A stretch of DNA of 64,000 bases, taken from the NCBI RefSeq assembly GCF_044704955.1, contig NC_091995.1, forward strand, positions 4,836,001-4,900,000, given 5' to 3'. Source of the stretch: Pristiophorus japonicus (Eukaryota). Below the pieces are notes generated by a model. It worked only from the letters and a program-made list of their open reading frames with translations, did no database searches and was not told the origin of the DNA. Every line of letters starts with the position of its first letter. The stretch's first letter is position 1. Positions 26,049 to 38,599 of this stretch are shown here, piece by piece. The position numbers and the translations under genes are program-made.

Positions 26049-27240
26049 TGTTATGTCTTGAATAAAGAGTCAGACTAGATACTGCAAGCTCAAAGTAAGG
26101 TGTGACCGTAGTCCTTTATTACAGATCTCAGAGTGCCTCTCTGAGGCCTCCTTATTTACAGGTGCTCCCAAGGGATTTTGGGATCCCTTGGGACTCCAGG
26201 GAATAAGCCCTCTAGTGGTTAGACATGGTATTTACAGGTTTACATCCATAACAACACTCCCTGCCCCCCGCCTCTCCACCACCCCCAAAATCAATAGTGT
26301 AATTATTTATAACGTGAGTCAATCTGGGGCCTTCCTTTCCCTGCTTGATCATCTCGGTGCAAATGTTGATTTTGGTGAATCGTTTGTTGGGCCCTCGCTG
26401 CGCAGCTGGCCTTGCTGGGCTGCTGGGGGTGGTGAGTCCTGCTGGGCTGCTGCAGGTGATGGGTTCTGCTTCATGGTCAACTGCTGGGTCGGTTGCCACA
26501 TGTGTGGGTTTTGGGAGATTGAAAAAGGTAAAGTCTATTGTGGGTTGTTCTGGATAGTCTGCAAATCTGAGTTTGGTTTGGTCCAAGTGTTTCCTGCAGG
26601 TGACTCCATTTGAGAGTTTGACCACAAACACCCTACTCCCCTCTTTGGCCAAAACAGTGCCAGGAAGCCATTTTACCTTGTCCATAGTTCAACACAAATA
26701 CAGGATCATTTATCTCAATTTCGCATGACACATTTGCGTGATCATGATATGTATTCTGTTGAAGCCGCCTGCTCTCCACCTGTTCATGTAGATCAGGGTG
26801 GACTAACGAGAGCCTTGTCTTAAGTGCCCTTTTCATGAGCAGTTCAGCAGGAGGGATCCCAGTGAGCGAGTGGGGTCTTGTGCGGTAACTAAGCAGGACT
26901 CAGGATAAGCGAGTCTGCAGTGAGCCTTCAGTTACTCTTTTCATGCTCTGCTTAATTGTTTGAACTGCTCGTTCTGCCTGACCATTGGATGCTGGTTTAA
27001 ACGGAGCAGATGTGACATGTTTGATCCAATTGCGGGTCATGAACTCCTTGAACTCGGCACTGGTAAAGCACAGCCCATTGTCACTCACAAGGACATCAGG
27101 CAGGCCATGCATGGCAAACATGGCCAGTAGGCTTTCAATGGTGGCAGCGGACGTGCTTGCCGACATTATCATGCATTCAATTTGTTTGGAGTACGCACTT
27201 ACAATCAGTAAGAACATTTTTCCCAAGAATTGGGCTGCAT
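26049..27240 (-). mobile_element. Gypsy 3' half: integrase core, PPT and 3' LTR (26049-26253), same family
   Basis: PDVLVSDNG..F..EF...APFKPASNGQAERAV integrase; purine tract before the TGTTATG..CATAACA LTR. Confidence 0.9.
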
Positions 27241-27717
27241 AGAGAAACATAGAAACAAACAAACATAGAAAATAGGTGCAGGAGTAGGCCATTCGGCCCT
27301 TCTAGCCTGCCGCCATTCAATGAGTTCATAGCTGAACATGCAACTTCAGTACCCCATTCCTGCTTTCTCGCCATACCCCTTGATCCCCCTAGTAGTACGG
27401 ACTTCATCTAACTTCTTTTTGAATATATTTAGTGAATTGGCCTCAACAACTTTCTGTGGTGGAGAATCCCACAGGTTCACCACTCTCTGGGGCGATTTAA
27501 CTCCTTTAAGACCCGGAGCGTGAAGGATTAAGCCGTGGCCCCCGTTTAATACCTTTTCCACAGGGCCTCTCCTCCACAAACCTGCCCACCAAGTCTCCTC
27601 AAAACCAGGAGTGAGTCATTGATCATTGAAAGGTTACGAATCCTGGTGTGGACATGGGGTAAGGGTGGGTGCAGGGGGCAGAGGGGATTGGACAGGGGAG
27701 TGGGGGAGTGGGGGGGA

Positions 27718-27838
27718 TCACACTTTGATGGGGACCTTCCCCTGGGCTTTCTGGAAGTCCTGCTGCAGCTTGCCGAGCGGCTCCCTGTGCTGCTCCGATT
27801 TCTTCTCCAGCTCCTTCATCTGCCCTTCGTACCGCTTT
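27718..27838 (-). CDS. PFDN6: Prefoldin subunit 6 last coding exon
   Basis: ttacag|KRYEGQMKELEKKSEQHREPLGKLQQDFQKAQGKVPIKV*; phase-2 compatible with 31433-31557; ATTAAA on the minus strand near 27545-27550. Confidence 0.85.
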
Positions 27839-28080
27839 CTGTAAACAGGGGAAAAGACTTGCATTTATATAGAGCCTTTCACAGCCACCGGACCCCACAA
27901 AGCACTTTACAGCCAATGATGTATTTTTTGGAGTGTAGCCGCTGTTGTAATGTGGGAAACGCGGCAGCCAATTTGCGCACAGCAAGCTCCCACAAACAGC
28001 AATGTGATAATACCAGATAATCTGTTTTTGTTGTGCTGATTGAGGGATAAGTATTGGCTATAATTCCCTGTTCTTCTTCA

Positions 28081-29312
28081 ACTGCCCCTCCAATAGTGCG
28101 GCGCTCCTCAGTGCTGCCCCTCCGACATTGCAGCGCTCCCTCAGTACTGCCCCTCCAATAGTGGGACGCTCCTTCAGTACTGCCCCTCCGACCGTGTGGC
28201 GCTCCCTCAGTACTGCGCAGCGCTTACTCAGTCATCATAGGCAGTCGGAATCGAGGAAGACTTGCTTGACTACCAAAGTGAGTTCTTTGATGGCTGAACA
28301 ATCCAATACGAGAGCTACAGACCCTGTTACAGGTGGTAACAGACATTCATCGAGGGAAGGAGTGGGTGGGGCTGATTTGCCGCGCGCTCCTTCCGCTGCC
28401 TGCGCTTGACCTCTTCACGCTTTTTGCGTTGAGACTCGAAGATCTCAACGGCCTCCCGGATGCACTTTCTCCACCTCGGGCGGTCTTCGGCCAGGGTCTC
28501 CCAGGTGTTAGTGGCGATATCGCACTTTACCAGGGAGGCTATTAGGGTGTCCTTATAACGTTTCCACTGCACACCTTTGGCTTGTTTACCATGAAGGAGC
28601 TCCGCATAAAGCATTTGCTTAGGGAGTCTCGTATTTGGCATGCGAACTATGTGGCTTGCCCAGCGATCGAGTGTGGTCAGTGTTTCAATACTGGGGATGT
28701 TAGCCTGGACGAGGACACTGATGTTGGTGTGCCTGTCCTCCCAGGTGATTTGCAGGATCTTGCGCAGACATCTTTGGTGATATATCTCCAGTGACTTGAG
28801 GTGCCTTCTATACATTGTCCATGGCTCAGATCCATACAGGAGGGTGGGTATTACTACAGCCCTGTAGACCATGAGCTTGGTGGTAGATTTGAGGGCCTGG
28901 TCTTCACTCTTCCTCGGACAGCCGAAGGCTGCACTGAAGGCGATGTTGAATCTCCGCATCAATGTCTGCCTTCAGTACTGCCCCTCTGACAAAGCAGGAC
29001 TCCCTCAGTACTGCCCCTCCGACATTGCAGCTCTCCCTCAGTACTACTCCTCTGACAGTGTGGCACTCCCTTAGTACTGCCCTTCCGACAGTGCGGCACT
29101 CCCTCAGTACTTCCCCTCTGATAATACGGCACTCCCTCAGTACTGCCTCTCCGACAATGCAGCGCTCCCTCAGTACTGTCCCTCCGACAATGCGGTGCTC
29201 CCTTCAGTACTGCCCCTTCGACAGTGCGGCGCTCCCTCAGTACTGCCCCTTCGACAGTGCGGCACGCCCTCAGTACTGCCCCTCCGACCGTGCGGCGCTT
29301 CCTCAGTACTGC
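28081..29312. repeat. 33-bp minisatellite (cagtactgcccctccgacagtgcggcgctccct), about 4 plus about 10 copies, derived from SINE internal sequence
   Basis: Period 33 (cagta at 28973 and 29006); flanked by the two halves of a minus-strand SINE; interrupted by an RTE. Confidence 0.9.
28232..28945 (-). mobile_element. RTE LINE 3' fragment splitting a minisatellite
   Basis: ORF 28327-28962 TKLMVYRAVVIPTLLYGSE.W..RCLRKIL. Confidence 0.85.
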
Positions 29313-29567
29313 ACTGGTTTATGGGCTCAAATCTCTGGAGTAGAGCTTGAACCCACGACCTTGAGTCAGAGGCGAGTGTGTGCTATCCAGGGAGCCATGC
29401 AAGATAAGGAATGGCACAGGGGTCAGGGATGGTGCGGGGAACATAGGAGAGAAAGTAAAAGATAAGTGAAAGCACAGGTGTGAGGAAAATTCAGAAAATG
29501 AACCTTTAGCCAAAATTGAGAGTGTAAAATGAATTGGAGGCATGTCAGATTGCAGGCATCACGCTGA

Positions 29568-31385
29568 ATAGAAACATAGAAAATAGGTGCAGGAGCAGGC
29601 CATTCAGCCCTTCTAGCCTGCACCGCCATTCAATGAGTTCATGGCTGAACATGAAACTTCAGTAACCCCTTCCTGCTTTCTCGCCATAACCCTTGATCCC
29701 CGAGTAGTAAGGACTTCATCTAACTCCCTTTTGAATATATTTAGTGAATTGGCCTCAACTACTTTCTGTGGTAGAGAATTCCACAGGTTCACCACTCTCT
29801 GGGTGAAGAAGTTTCTCCTCATCTCGGTCCTAAATGGCTTACCCCTTATCCTCAGACTGTGACCCCTGGTTCTGGACTTCCCCAACATTGGGAACATTCT
29901 TCCTGCATCTAACCTGTCTAAACCCCTCAGAATTTTAAACGTTTCTATGAGGTCCCCTCTCATTCTTCTGAACTCCAGTGAATACAAGCCCAGTTGATCC
30001 AGTCTTTCTTGATAGGTAAGTCCCACCATCCCGGGAATCAGTCTGGTGAATCTTCGCTGCATTCCCTCAATAGCAAGAATGTCCTTCCTCAAGTTAGGAG
30101 ACCAAAACTGTACACAATACTCCAGGTGTGGCCTCACCAAGGCCCTGTACAACTGTAGCAACACCTCCCTGCCCCTGTACTCAAATCCCCTCGCTATGAA
30201 GGCCAACATGCCATTTGCTTTCTTAACCGCCTGCTGTACCTGCATGCCAACCTTCAATGACTGATGTACCATGACACCCAGGTCTCGTTGCACCTAAGAT
30301 CACCTGGAATCACCGAGAGCTGCGCTTGCTTTGTTTTTAAGGCAGCCCTACTGCTATATAATTAAAACGATCCTGTCTTATGGTATAGGATGTTGGACTG
30401 AATTGGTGGTCAGAACAACATAAGAAATAGGAGCAGGAGTAGGCCATTTGGCCCCTCGAGCCTGCTCCGTCATTTAATACGATCATGACTGATCTGATCT
30501 TGGCCTCAACTCCACTTCCCCGCCGGCTCCCCATAACCCTCGACTCCCTTATCACTCAAACATCTGCCTATCGCCACCTTAAATATAATCAATGACCCAG
30601 CCTCCACAGCTCTCTGGGGTAGAGAATTACACAGAATCACGACCCTTGGAGAAGAAATTCCTCACCTTCGTTTTAAATGAGCGACGCGTTATTCTGAAAC
30701 AATGCCCCCTAGTTCTAGATTCCCCCATGAGGAGAAATATCCTCTCTGCATCTACCCTGTCGAGCCCCCTCAGTGTCTTGTATGGTTCGATAAGATCACC
30801 GCTCATTCGTCCAAACTCTAATAAGTATGGGCCCAACCTGCTCAACCATATGCCAATCCCTTCATCTCAGGAATCAACCTTCTGACCTTTCTCTGAACAG
30901 CCGCCAGTGCAAGTATATCCCTCCTTAAATAAGGCGACCAAAACTGTACGCAGTGTACAGTTGTAGCAGGACTTCTCTGCTTTTATACTCTTATACCTCT
31001 TGCCAACATTCCATTTTGCCTTCCTGATCACTTGCTGTACCTGCATACTAATCTTTTGTGTTTCATGCACAAGGACCCCCAGGTCCCTCTGTACTGCAGT
31101 ATTTTGTAATCTCTCCCCTTTTAAATAATAATTTGCTTTTTTATTTTTCCTACCAAAGTGGATAACCTCATACTTTTCCACATTATACTCCATCTGCCAA
31201 ATTTTTGCCCACTCACTTAGCCTATCTATATCCCTTTGCAGATTTTGTGTATCCTCCTCACACATTGCTTTCCCACCTATCTCTGTATCATCAGCAAATT
31301 TGGCTACAGTACACTCGAGTCCCTTCATCCAAGTCATTAATATAGATTGTAAGTAGTTGCAGCTCCAGCACCAATCCCTGCGGCA
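29568..31385 (-). mobile_element. Two 5'-truncated CR1 fragments in the PFDN6 intron (29568-30295; 30415-31385)
   Basis: RT C-terminal ORFs (LVRPHLEYC; KFADD) and 8-bp repeat tails. Confidence 0.88.
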
Positions 31386-31432
31386 CTGGAAAATGAGCAG
31401 TTTATCAGTGCAGTAGAGGCGAGGTGACTAAC

Positions 31433-31557
31433 ATTTCTCCGCTGATGTACTCCAAGCGTTTAGCGACTGTGGACTTTGCTTCCTCCAGGTCCTGCTTGAC
31501 CAGAACGGGACCGATCAGCTTGAAAATGGTGTTCGCTGCATCCAAGAGGTCCAACTC
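31433..31557 (-). CDS. PFDN6: Prefoldin subunit 6 internal exon (125 bp); orphan, possibly part of a partial duplicate
   Basis: cctcag|ELDLLDAANTIFKLIGPVLVKQDLEEAKSTVAKRLEYISGE-I|gttagt; matches the PFDN6/KE2 signature FKLxGPVLVKQ...KRLDYI. Confidence 0.88.
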
Positions 31558-31724
31558 CTGAGGCAGAAAGAAAATAAGCAGGGATAATAAACAGGAAGCC
31601 GACACACTGTCCCCTTCCCTTCCCCTCCACCCCCCCACCCCGTCATCAGCAGGTTCAAACCTAACCCCGAGTTGCCAATGAGCAGAATGAGTTGGTGCGA
31701 CAGTGTGTCACACTTACAACAGCA

Positions 31725-32485
31725 ATCCCCCCCGCCACAAACTGTGTTCCCTGGCCACCGATTCCATCCCTTGCCTCAACTTCTGTCTGAGGCTGAACCA
31801 CACTGTTCGCAACCTTGGTGTCGTATTTTACTCTGAAATGAGCTTACGGCCACATATCCACAGCATAACTAAAACCGCCTATTTCCACTGCTGTAACATC
31901 GCCCATCTCTGCCCCCTACCTCAGCTCATCCGCTGTTGAAGCCCTGATCCATGCCTTTGTTACCTCTAGACTTGACTATTCCAACGCACTCCTGACTGGC
32001 CTCCCACATTCTACCCTACGTAAACCAGAGATGAGCCAAAACTCGACAGCCTGTGTCTCACTTGCACCAAGTCCTGCTCACCCATCACCACTGTGCTCGC
32101 TGACCTACATTGGCTTCCGGTTCTCATCCTTATTTACAAATCCCTCCATGGCCCTCGCCCCTCCCGATCTCTGTAATCTCCTCCAGCCCCACAATTCCCC
32201 CGAGATGTCTGCGCTCCTCTAATTCGGCCCTCCTGACCATCCCTGATTATAATTGCTCCACCATCGGTGGCCGTGCCTTCAGCTGCCTGGGCCCCAAGCT
32301 CTGGAACTCCCTGAATAAACCTCTCCGCCTCTCTACCTCCTTAAAACTTACCTCTTTGACCAAGGTTTTGGTCACCTGCCCCGAGTTCTACTTACGCGGC
32401 TCGGTAAATTTTTATCGCATAATCCTCCTGTGAAGCGCCTTGGGACGTTTCACTGAGTTAAAGGCGCTATATAAATACAAGATGC
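31725..32485 (+). mobile_element. L2-clade LINE 3' fragment; related pieces at about 10050-10760, 11260-11795, 34335-34550, 38375-38570 and 45000-45320
   Basis: VRNLGVVF..HI..ITKTAYFH, HAFVTSRLDYSN, GGRAFS..GPKLWNSLP motifs. Confidence 0.78.
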
Positions 32486-32842
32486 TGTCTTGTAACCTTT
32501 TAAAAATCTCAGTGTGCAAGCGGTCACTGGCAAGGCCGGCAATTATCACTCAACCAAGTGGCTCACTGGGCCACCTCAGAGAGCAGTTAAGAGTCAACCA
32601 CATTGCTGTGGATCTGGAATCACATGTAGGCCAGACCGGGTAAGGACGGCAGATTTCCTTCCTTCCCTGAAGGACATCAGTGAACCAGTTGGGTTTTTAA
32701 CAACTTGTATTTACATAGCACATTAAACGTAGCAAAATGCCCCAAGGCGCTTAAGAAGAACTTTCTCAATCAAAACTACTTTGACACCGAGCAACAAAAG
32801 AAGAAATTAGGGCAGGTGACCAAAAGCTTGGTCGAAGAGGTA

Positions 32843-33670
32843 ACATAGAAACATAGAAAATAGGAGCAGTATTAGGCCATTTGGCCCTTCGAGCCTGCAC
32901 CGCCATTCAATATGATCACGGCTGATCCACTATCTCAACACTATATTCCCGCTTTTCCCCATAACTCTTGATGCCTTTTGTTTCTAGAAATCTATCGATC
33001 TCGCTCTTAAATATATTCAGTGACTTGGCCTCCACAGCCTTCTGTGGTAGAGAATTCCACAGGTTCACCACCCTCAGTGAAAAAATTTCTTCTCATCTTG
33101 GTCCTAAATTTCCTACCCCGTATCCTGAAACTGTGACCCCTTGTTCTAGACTTCCCAGCCAGGAGAAATATCCTCCCCGCATCCAGTCTCTCCAACCCAG
33201 TCAGAATTTTATACATTTCAATGAGATCCCCTCTCATTCTTCTAAACTCTAGTGAATAAAGGCCTAGTCGACCCAATCTCTCCTCATAAGACAGTCCTGC
33301 CATCCCAGGAATCAGTCTGATGAACCTTCGCTGCACTCCCTCTGTGACAAATATATCCTTTCTTCGGTAAGGAGACCAAAACTGCACACAATACTCCAGG
33401 TGCGGTCTCACCAAGGCCCTGTATAACTGTATTAAGACATCCCTTGCTCCTGTACTCAAATCCTCTTGCAATGAAGGCCAACATACCATTTGCCTTCCGA
33501 ACTGCTTGCTTTCAATGACTGGTGTACAAGGATACCCAGGTCCCTCTATACATCGACACTTCCCAAGCCATGACCATTTAAATAATACTTTGTCCTTATG
33601 TTTTTCCTACCAAAGTGGATAACTTCACATTTATCCACGTTATACTGCATTCGCCATGTGTTTGCCCACA
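32843..33670 (-). mobile_element. CR1 3' fragment
   Basis: ORF 33007-33489 [15 protein letters not shown]; tail (ttctatgt)n. Confidence 0.85.
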
Positions 33671-33675
33671 TTTTC

Positions 33676-34335
33676 ATCATCATCATAGGCAGTCCCTCGG
33701 AATCGAGGAAGACTTGCTTCCACTCTTAAAATGAGTCCTTAGGTGGCTGAACAGTCCAATATGAGAACCACAGTCCCTGTCACAGGTGGGACAGATAGTC
33801 GTTGAGGGAAGGGGTGGGTGAGACAGGTTTGCTGCATGCTCTTTCCGCTGCCTGTGCTTGATTTCTGCATGCTCTCGGCGATGAGACTCGAGGTGCTCAG
33901 CGCCCTCCCGGATGCACTTCCTCCACTTAGGGCAATCTTTGGCCAGGGACTCCCAGGTGTCAGTGGGGATGTTGCACTTTATCAGGGAGGCTTTGAGGGG
34001 TCCTTGTAACATTTCCTCTGCCCACCTTTGGCTCGTTTGCCATGAAGGAGTTCAGAGTAGAGCACTTGCTTTTGGAGTCTCGTGTCTGGCATGCAGACAA
34101 TGTGGCCTGCCCAGTGGAGCTGATCAAGTGCGGTCAGTGCTTCAATGCTGGGGTGTTGGCCTGGTTGAGGCCATAATGTTGGTACGTCTGCCCTCCCAGG
34201 GGATTTGTAGAATCTTGCAGAGACATCGATGGTGGTATTTCTCCAGCGACTTGAGGTGTCTATTGTATATGGTCCATGTCTCTGGGCCATACAGGAGGGC
34301 GGGTAATAATACAGCCCTGTCGACCATGAGCTTGG
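33676..34335 (-). mobile_element. RTE LINE 3' fragment
   Basis: LLYGPETW..., C-terminal CxxC..HxxxH, (tga)n tail. Confidence 0.85.
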
Positions 34336-34729
34336 TGGGGAGCGTCTTGAAGGGGGAAAGAGAGAGATAGAGAGGCGGAGAGGTTTAGGCAGGGAGTTAT
34401 AGAGCTTGGGGCCCAGGCAGCTGAAGGCATGGCCACCGATGGTTGAGTAGTTAGAATCAGGGATGGTCAGGAGGGCAGAATTAGAGGAGCGCAGACTTCT
34501 CCTGGGGATGGAGGAGATTAGAGATAGGGAGGAGCGAGACCATGGAGGTGTCCCGCTTCAAGTTCCTAACTTGAGGTCCCTGCTTCTTGAGGTGTTGCTC
34601 CTAGGTTCTCTCTGGTTGACTCGCCTTTTCTCTCTACTTTTATATCATTCTTAGACTTAGTCTACATGCCCAACCTGCCCATGGGGTGACTCATATCTGA
34701 GTCCGCAGTCTTCCAGAACAGCTTTTGGT

Positions 34730-36792
34730 TGTTATGTATGTAAACCTGTAGATACCATGTCTAACCACCAGAGGGCTTATCCCGTGGAGTCCCAAGGGCT
34801 CCCACAATCCCTTGGGAGCACCTGTATATAAGGAGGCCTCACAGGCTAGAGAAGCACGTTGAGATCTGTAATAAAGGACTATGGTCACAGCTTACTTTGA
34901 GCTTGCAGTATCTAGCCTGACTCTTTGTTCAAGACATAACTGGCTATGAGCTATAGATGACGAACCCCACCGCAACAATGCAGAGAACCGTGGGCATTCT
35001 GAAAAAATTTTCAGAGGGAGATGATTGGGAAACCTTCGTGGAGCGACTCGACCAATACTTTGTGGCCAACGAGCAGGAAGGAGAAGCGAACGATGCCAAA
35101 TGAAGGGCGATTCTCCTCACCATTTGCGGGGCACTAATGTATGGCCTCATGAAAAACCTGCTCGGTCCAGAGAAATCCACAGAAAAGTCATACAATGAGT
35201 TGTGCACACTGGTCCGGGAGCACCTAAATCCGAAGGAAAGTGTTCTGATGGTGCGGTATCAGTTCAACACGTACAAGAAGTCTGAAGGCCGGAAGTGGCG
35301 AGCTACGTCGCCGAGCTAAGGCACCTTGCAGGACACTGCGAATTTGAAGGACACTAGGAGCACATGCTCAGGGATTTCTTTGTACCTGGCATTGGCCATG
35401 AAGTAGTACTTTGCAAACTTTTGACTGTAGAGACCCCAACCTTGAGTAAAGTCATAGCAATAGCCCAGGTGACAATACCAGTGACAATACAAAACAAATT
35501 TCTCAGCACACTAGTGCTGCTGCAAGTACTGTGAACAAAGTAACGCTGTTTTCGAATCGAAATGTACAGGGCAGGATTTACACGCCTGCAGCTGCACATC
35601 CACAGATGGCTCAGAGCCCACCATCAAGGGTGGTGAATATAAGGCCATTAACACCTTGTTGGGGCTGTGGGAGTGATCATCATTTCCATTCATGCCGCTT
35701 CAAAGGATACGTTTGCAAGGGCATGTGAAGGCAAGCTGCAAACCCTGCTAATCCTGCAAATCACCATGTTGCAGAGGAGGACAGATCCACGGTGGATCAC
35801 AACGAACCAGAGCCTCAGACCGAGGAGGCAGAGGTATATGGGGCGCACACATTTACCACAAAGTGTCTCCCGATAAGGCTGAAGGTTGAATTAAATGGAC
35901 TTCCGGTGTCCATGGAGCTGGATCCAGGTGCAAGCCAATCCATAATGAGCAAAAAGACTTTCAATAAATTGTGGTGCAGCAAGGCCTCAAGGCCAGTCCT
36001 GACTCCCATTTGTACTAAACTGAGAATATACACAAAGGAACTGATTCCCGTAATTGGCAGTGCTACCGTAAAGGTCTCCTACGATGGAGCGGTGCACAAG
36101 TTACCACTCTGGGTGGTACCAGGTGATGGCCCCACGCTGTTCGACAGGAGTTGGCTGGGAAAGATACGTTGGAACTGGTACGATGTCCGAGCGATTTCGT
36201 CCGTTGACGACACCTCGTGTGCCCAGGTCCGAAACAAGTTCCCTTCACTGTTCGAACCAGGCATCGGGAAGTTCCAAGGAGCAAAAGTGCAGATCCATTT
36301 GATTCCGGGGCACGACCCATCCATCACAAGGCAAGAGCGGTACCTTACATGATGAGAGGGTGGAGATCGAGCTGGACAGGCTGCAACTAGAGGGCATCAT
36401 TTCGCCGATCTAATTCAATGAGTGGGACAGTCCGATTGTTCCAGTCCTCAAGGGAGATGGCACCGTAAGAATCTGTGGTGGTTACAAAGTAACTATTAAT
36501 CGTTTCTCAGTGCAGGATCAATACCCGCTACCAAAGGCAGATGACCTATTTGTGACGCTGGCAGGAGGGAAAACGTTCATGAAGCTGGACTTGATTTCGG
36601 CCTACATGACGCAGAAGCTGGCGGAATCATCGAAAGGCCTCACCTGCATGAACACGCACAATGGTCTCTTCATTTACAACAGATGTCTGTTTGGGATTCG
36701 ATCAGCCATAGCGATATTCCAGAGGAACATGGAAAGCTTACTGTAGTCGGTCCCATGCACCGTGGTCTTCCAGGATGACATCTTGGTTACAA
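34730..36792 (+). mobile_element. Gypsy/Ty3 LTR retrotransposon, 5' half: LTR (34730-34940), PBS-like tgg, gag, protease, partial RT
   Basis: TGTTATG...CATAAC LTR; DWETFVERLDQYF gag; MELDPGAS protease (DTG mutated); YPLPKADDLF..LDLISAY..FQDD RT. Confidence 0.9.
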
Positions 36793-36900
36793 CTCTTTAA
36801 GGGAAGCAAAATAAACATTAAATCGTGCCCCCGATCTGGGGGACACTCCAAACACTTTTCACGTGCCCTTTTTTTGGGGGGGTTTTTGTTTTTTACTTTC
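36793..36900 (-). mobile_element. Tx1-clade 3' UTR fragment at the truncation point of the Gypsy RT
   Basis: Reverse complement matches 10560-10634 (cagatcggggggcacg..atttaatgtttat...aaagag). Confidence 0.75.
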
Positions 36901-37139
36901 TATTTAAGTAACTTGAACTCTGGGGTTTGGGGGGGGGGGGGGGAAGTGGCTGTCTGTTTATCCGAGTTCACTCTTCTCCAGTTTGCCCCGCATTCTGTTC
37001 CACGGGATGCTGTATGATGTGGAGAAAGAGAGTGAGTGTGATTGTTGAACATGCAACGGGACTCGCTTCACGTGTTCCGTGCCTCAGAAAAATAAATATT
37101 TCTGACAATTTTCATCCGCACACGTCTGGAGTGGTTTGT

Positions 37140-38275
37140 GTGACGATACAAAGATGGGAGGAAAAGCAATGTGTGAGGACACAACAAATCTGCAAAAGGA
37201 TACAGACAGGCTAAGTGAGTGGGCAAAAATTTGGCAGATGGAGTATAATGCTGGAAAGTGTGAGGTTATGCACTTTGGCAGAAAAAAAAATCAAAGAGCA
37301 AGTTATTTAAATAGAGAAAGATTTCAAAGTGCTGCAGTACAGCATGACCTGGGGGTACTTGTGCATGAAACATAAAAGGTTAGTATGCAGGTACAGCAAG
37401 TGATCAGGAAGGCCAATGGAATCTTGGCCTTTATTGCAAAGGGGATGGAGTATAAAAGTAGGGAAGTCTTGTTACAGTTATATAGGCTATTGGTGAGGCC
37501 ACACTGGAATACTGCGTGCAGTTTTGGTTTCCATATTTACGAAAGGATATACTTGCTTTGGAGGCAGTTCAGAGAAGGTTCACAAGGTTGATTCCGGAGA
37601 TGAGGGGATTGTCTTATGAGGAAAGATTGAGTCGGTTGGGCCTCTACTCATTGGAATGTAGAAGAATGAGAGGTGATCTTATCGAAACATAGAAGATTGA
37701 GGGAGCTTGACAAGGTGGATGCAGAGATGTTGTTTCCACTAATAGGGGATGTTATGTATGCAACAGCTTATAACCAGCATTCTACCGCCACCAGAGGGCG
37801 CATCTGTTGGAGTCCCAAGGGATCCCAGCATCCCTTGGGAGCACTGCATATAAGCAGGCCTCCCATACTGTGCCAGCACGCTGGAGTCAGAATAAAGAGG
37901 CTAAGGTCACACTTACTCAAGTCTACAGTACTCAGTCACATTGCTTTATTTGAGACATAACGAGGAAGACTAGAACTAGAGGGCATAATCTTCGAATAAG
38001 GAGCCGTCCATTTAAATCTGAGAGGAGGAATTTCTTCTGAGGGTTGTAAGTCTGAGGAATTCGCTGCCTCAGAGAGCTGTAAAAGCTGGGACATTGAATA
38101 AATTTAAGACAGAGATAGACAGTTTCTTAACCGATAAGGGATCTAGGGGTTATGGGGAGCAGGCACGAAATTGGACCTGAGTCCATGATCAGATTAGCAA
38201 TGATCGTAACAAATGACGGAGCAGGCTCAAGGGGGCGTACGGCCTACTCCTGCTCCTATTTCTTATGTTCTTATG
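37140..38275 (+). mobile_element. CR1 3' fragment interrupted by a solo LTR
   Basis: DDTKMGG...; tail ttcttatgttcttatg; LTR at 37750-37962. Confidence 0.85.
37750..37962 (+). mobile_element. Solo LTR of a related Gypsy subfamily
   Basis: TGTTATGT...ACATAACG, TATA-like atataa, AATAAA; degenerate 5-bp TSD gggga/aggaa within the CR1. Confidence 0.82.
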
Positions 38276-38599
38276 AACCCAGTGACCTTTCTGCCTATAA
38301 TGTTGCTCCACAGGTGGCATAGTGGTGTTAAGAGATAAATCAGTGCAACACCTCTACTGCCAAGCAGTTATTAAATGCCGCCCTTTGGCGACATTATCAG
38401 AAAACATGCCATCAGTTTCCACATGTACTTGACAACACCCAGCTCTACCTCACTACCACTTCTCTTGACCCCTCCATGGTCTCTAAATTGTCAAGATTGC
38501 TTGTCCGATATTCAGTACTGGATGAGCAGAAATTTTCTTCAATTCAATATTAGGAAGACCGAAGCCATTGCCTGCTCAGTCATTTAATTTCATCATTGA

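Noticed and set aside
28962-29312. CRISPR-like regular repeats
   Set aside because: Head-to-tail 33-bp units with no unique spacers, no cas genes, and a vertebrate context.
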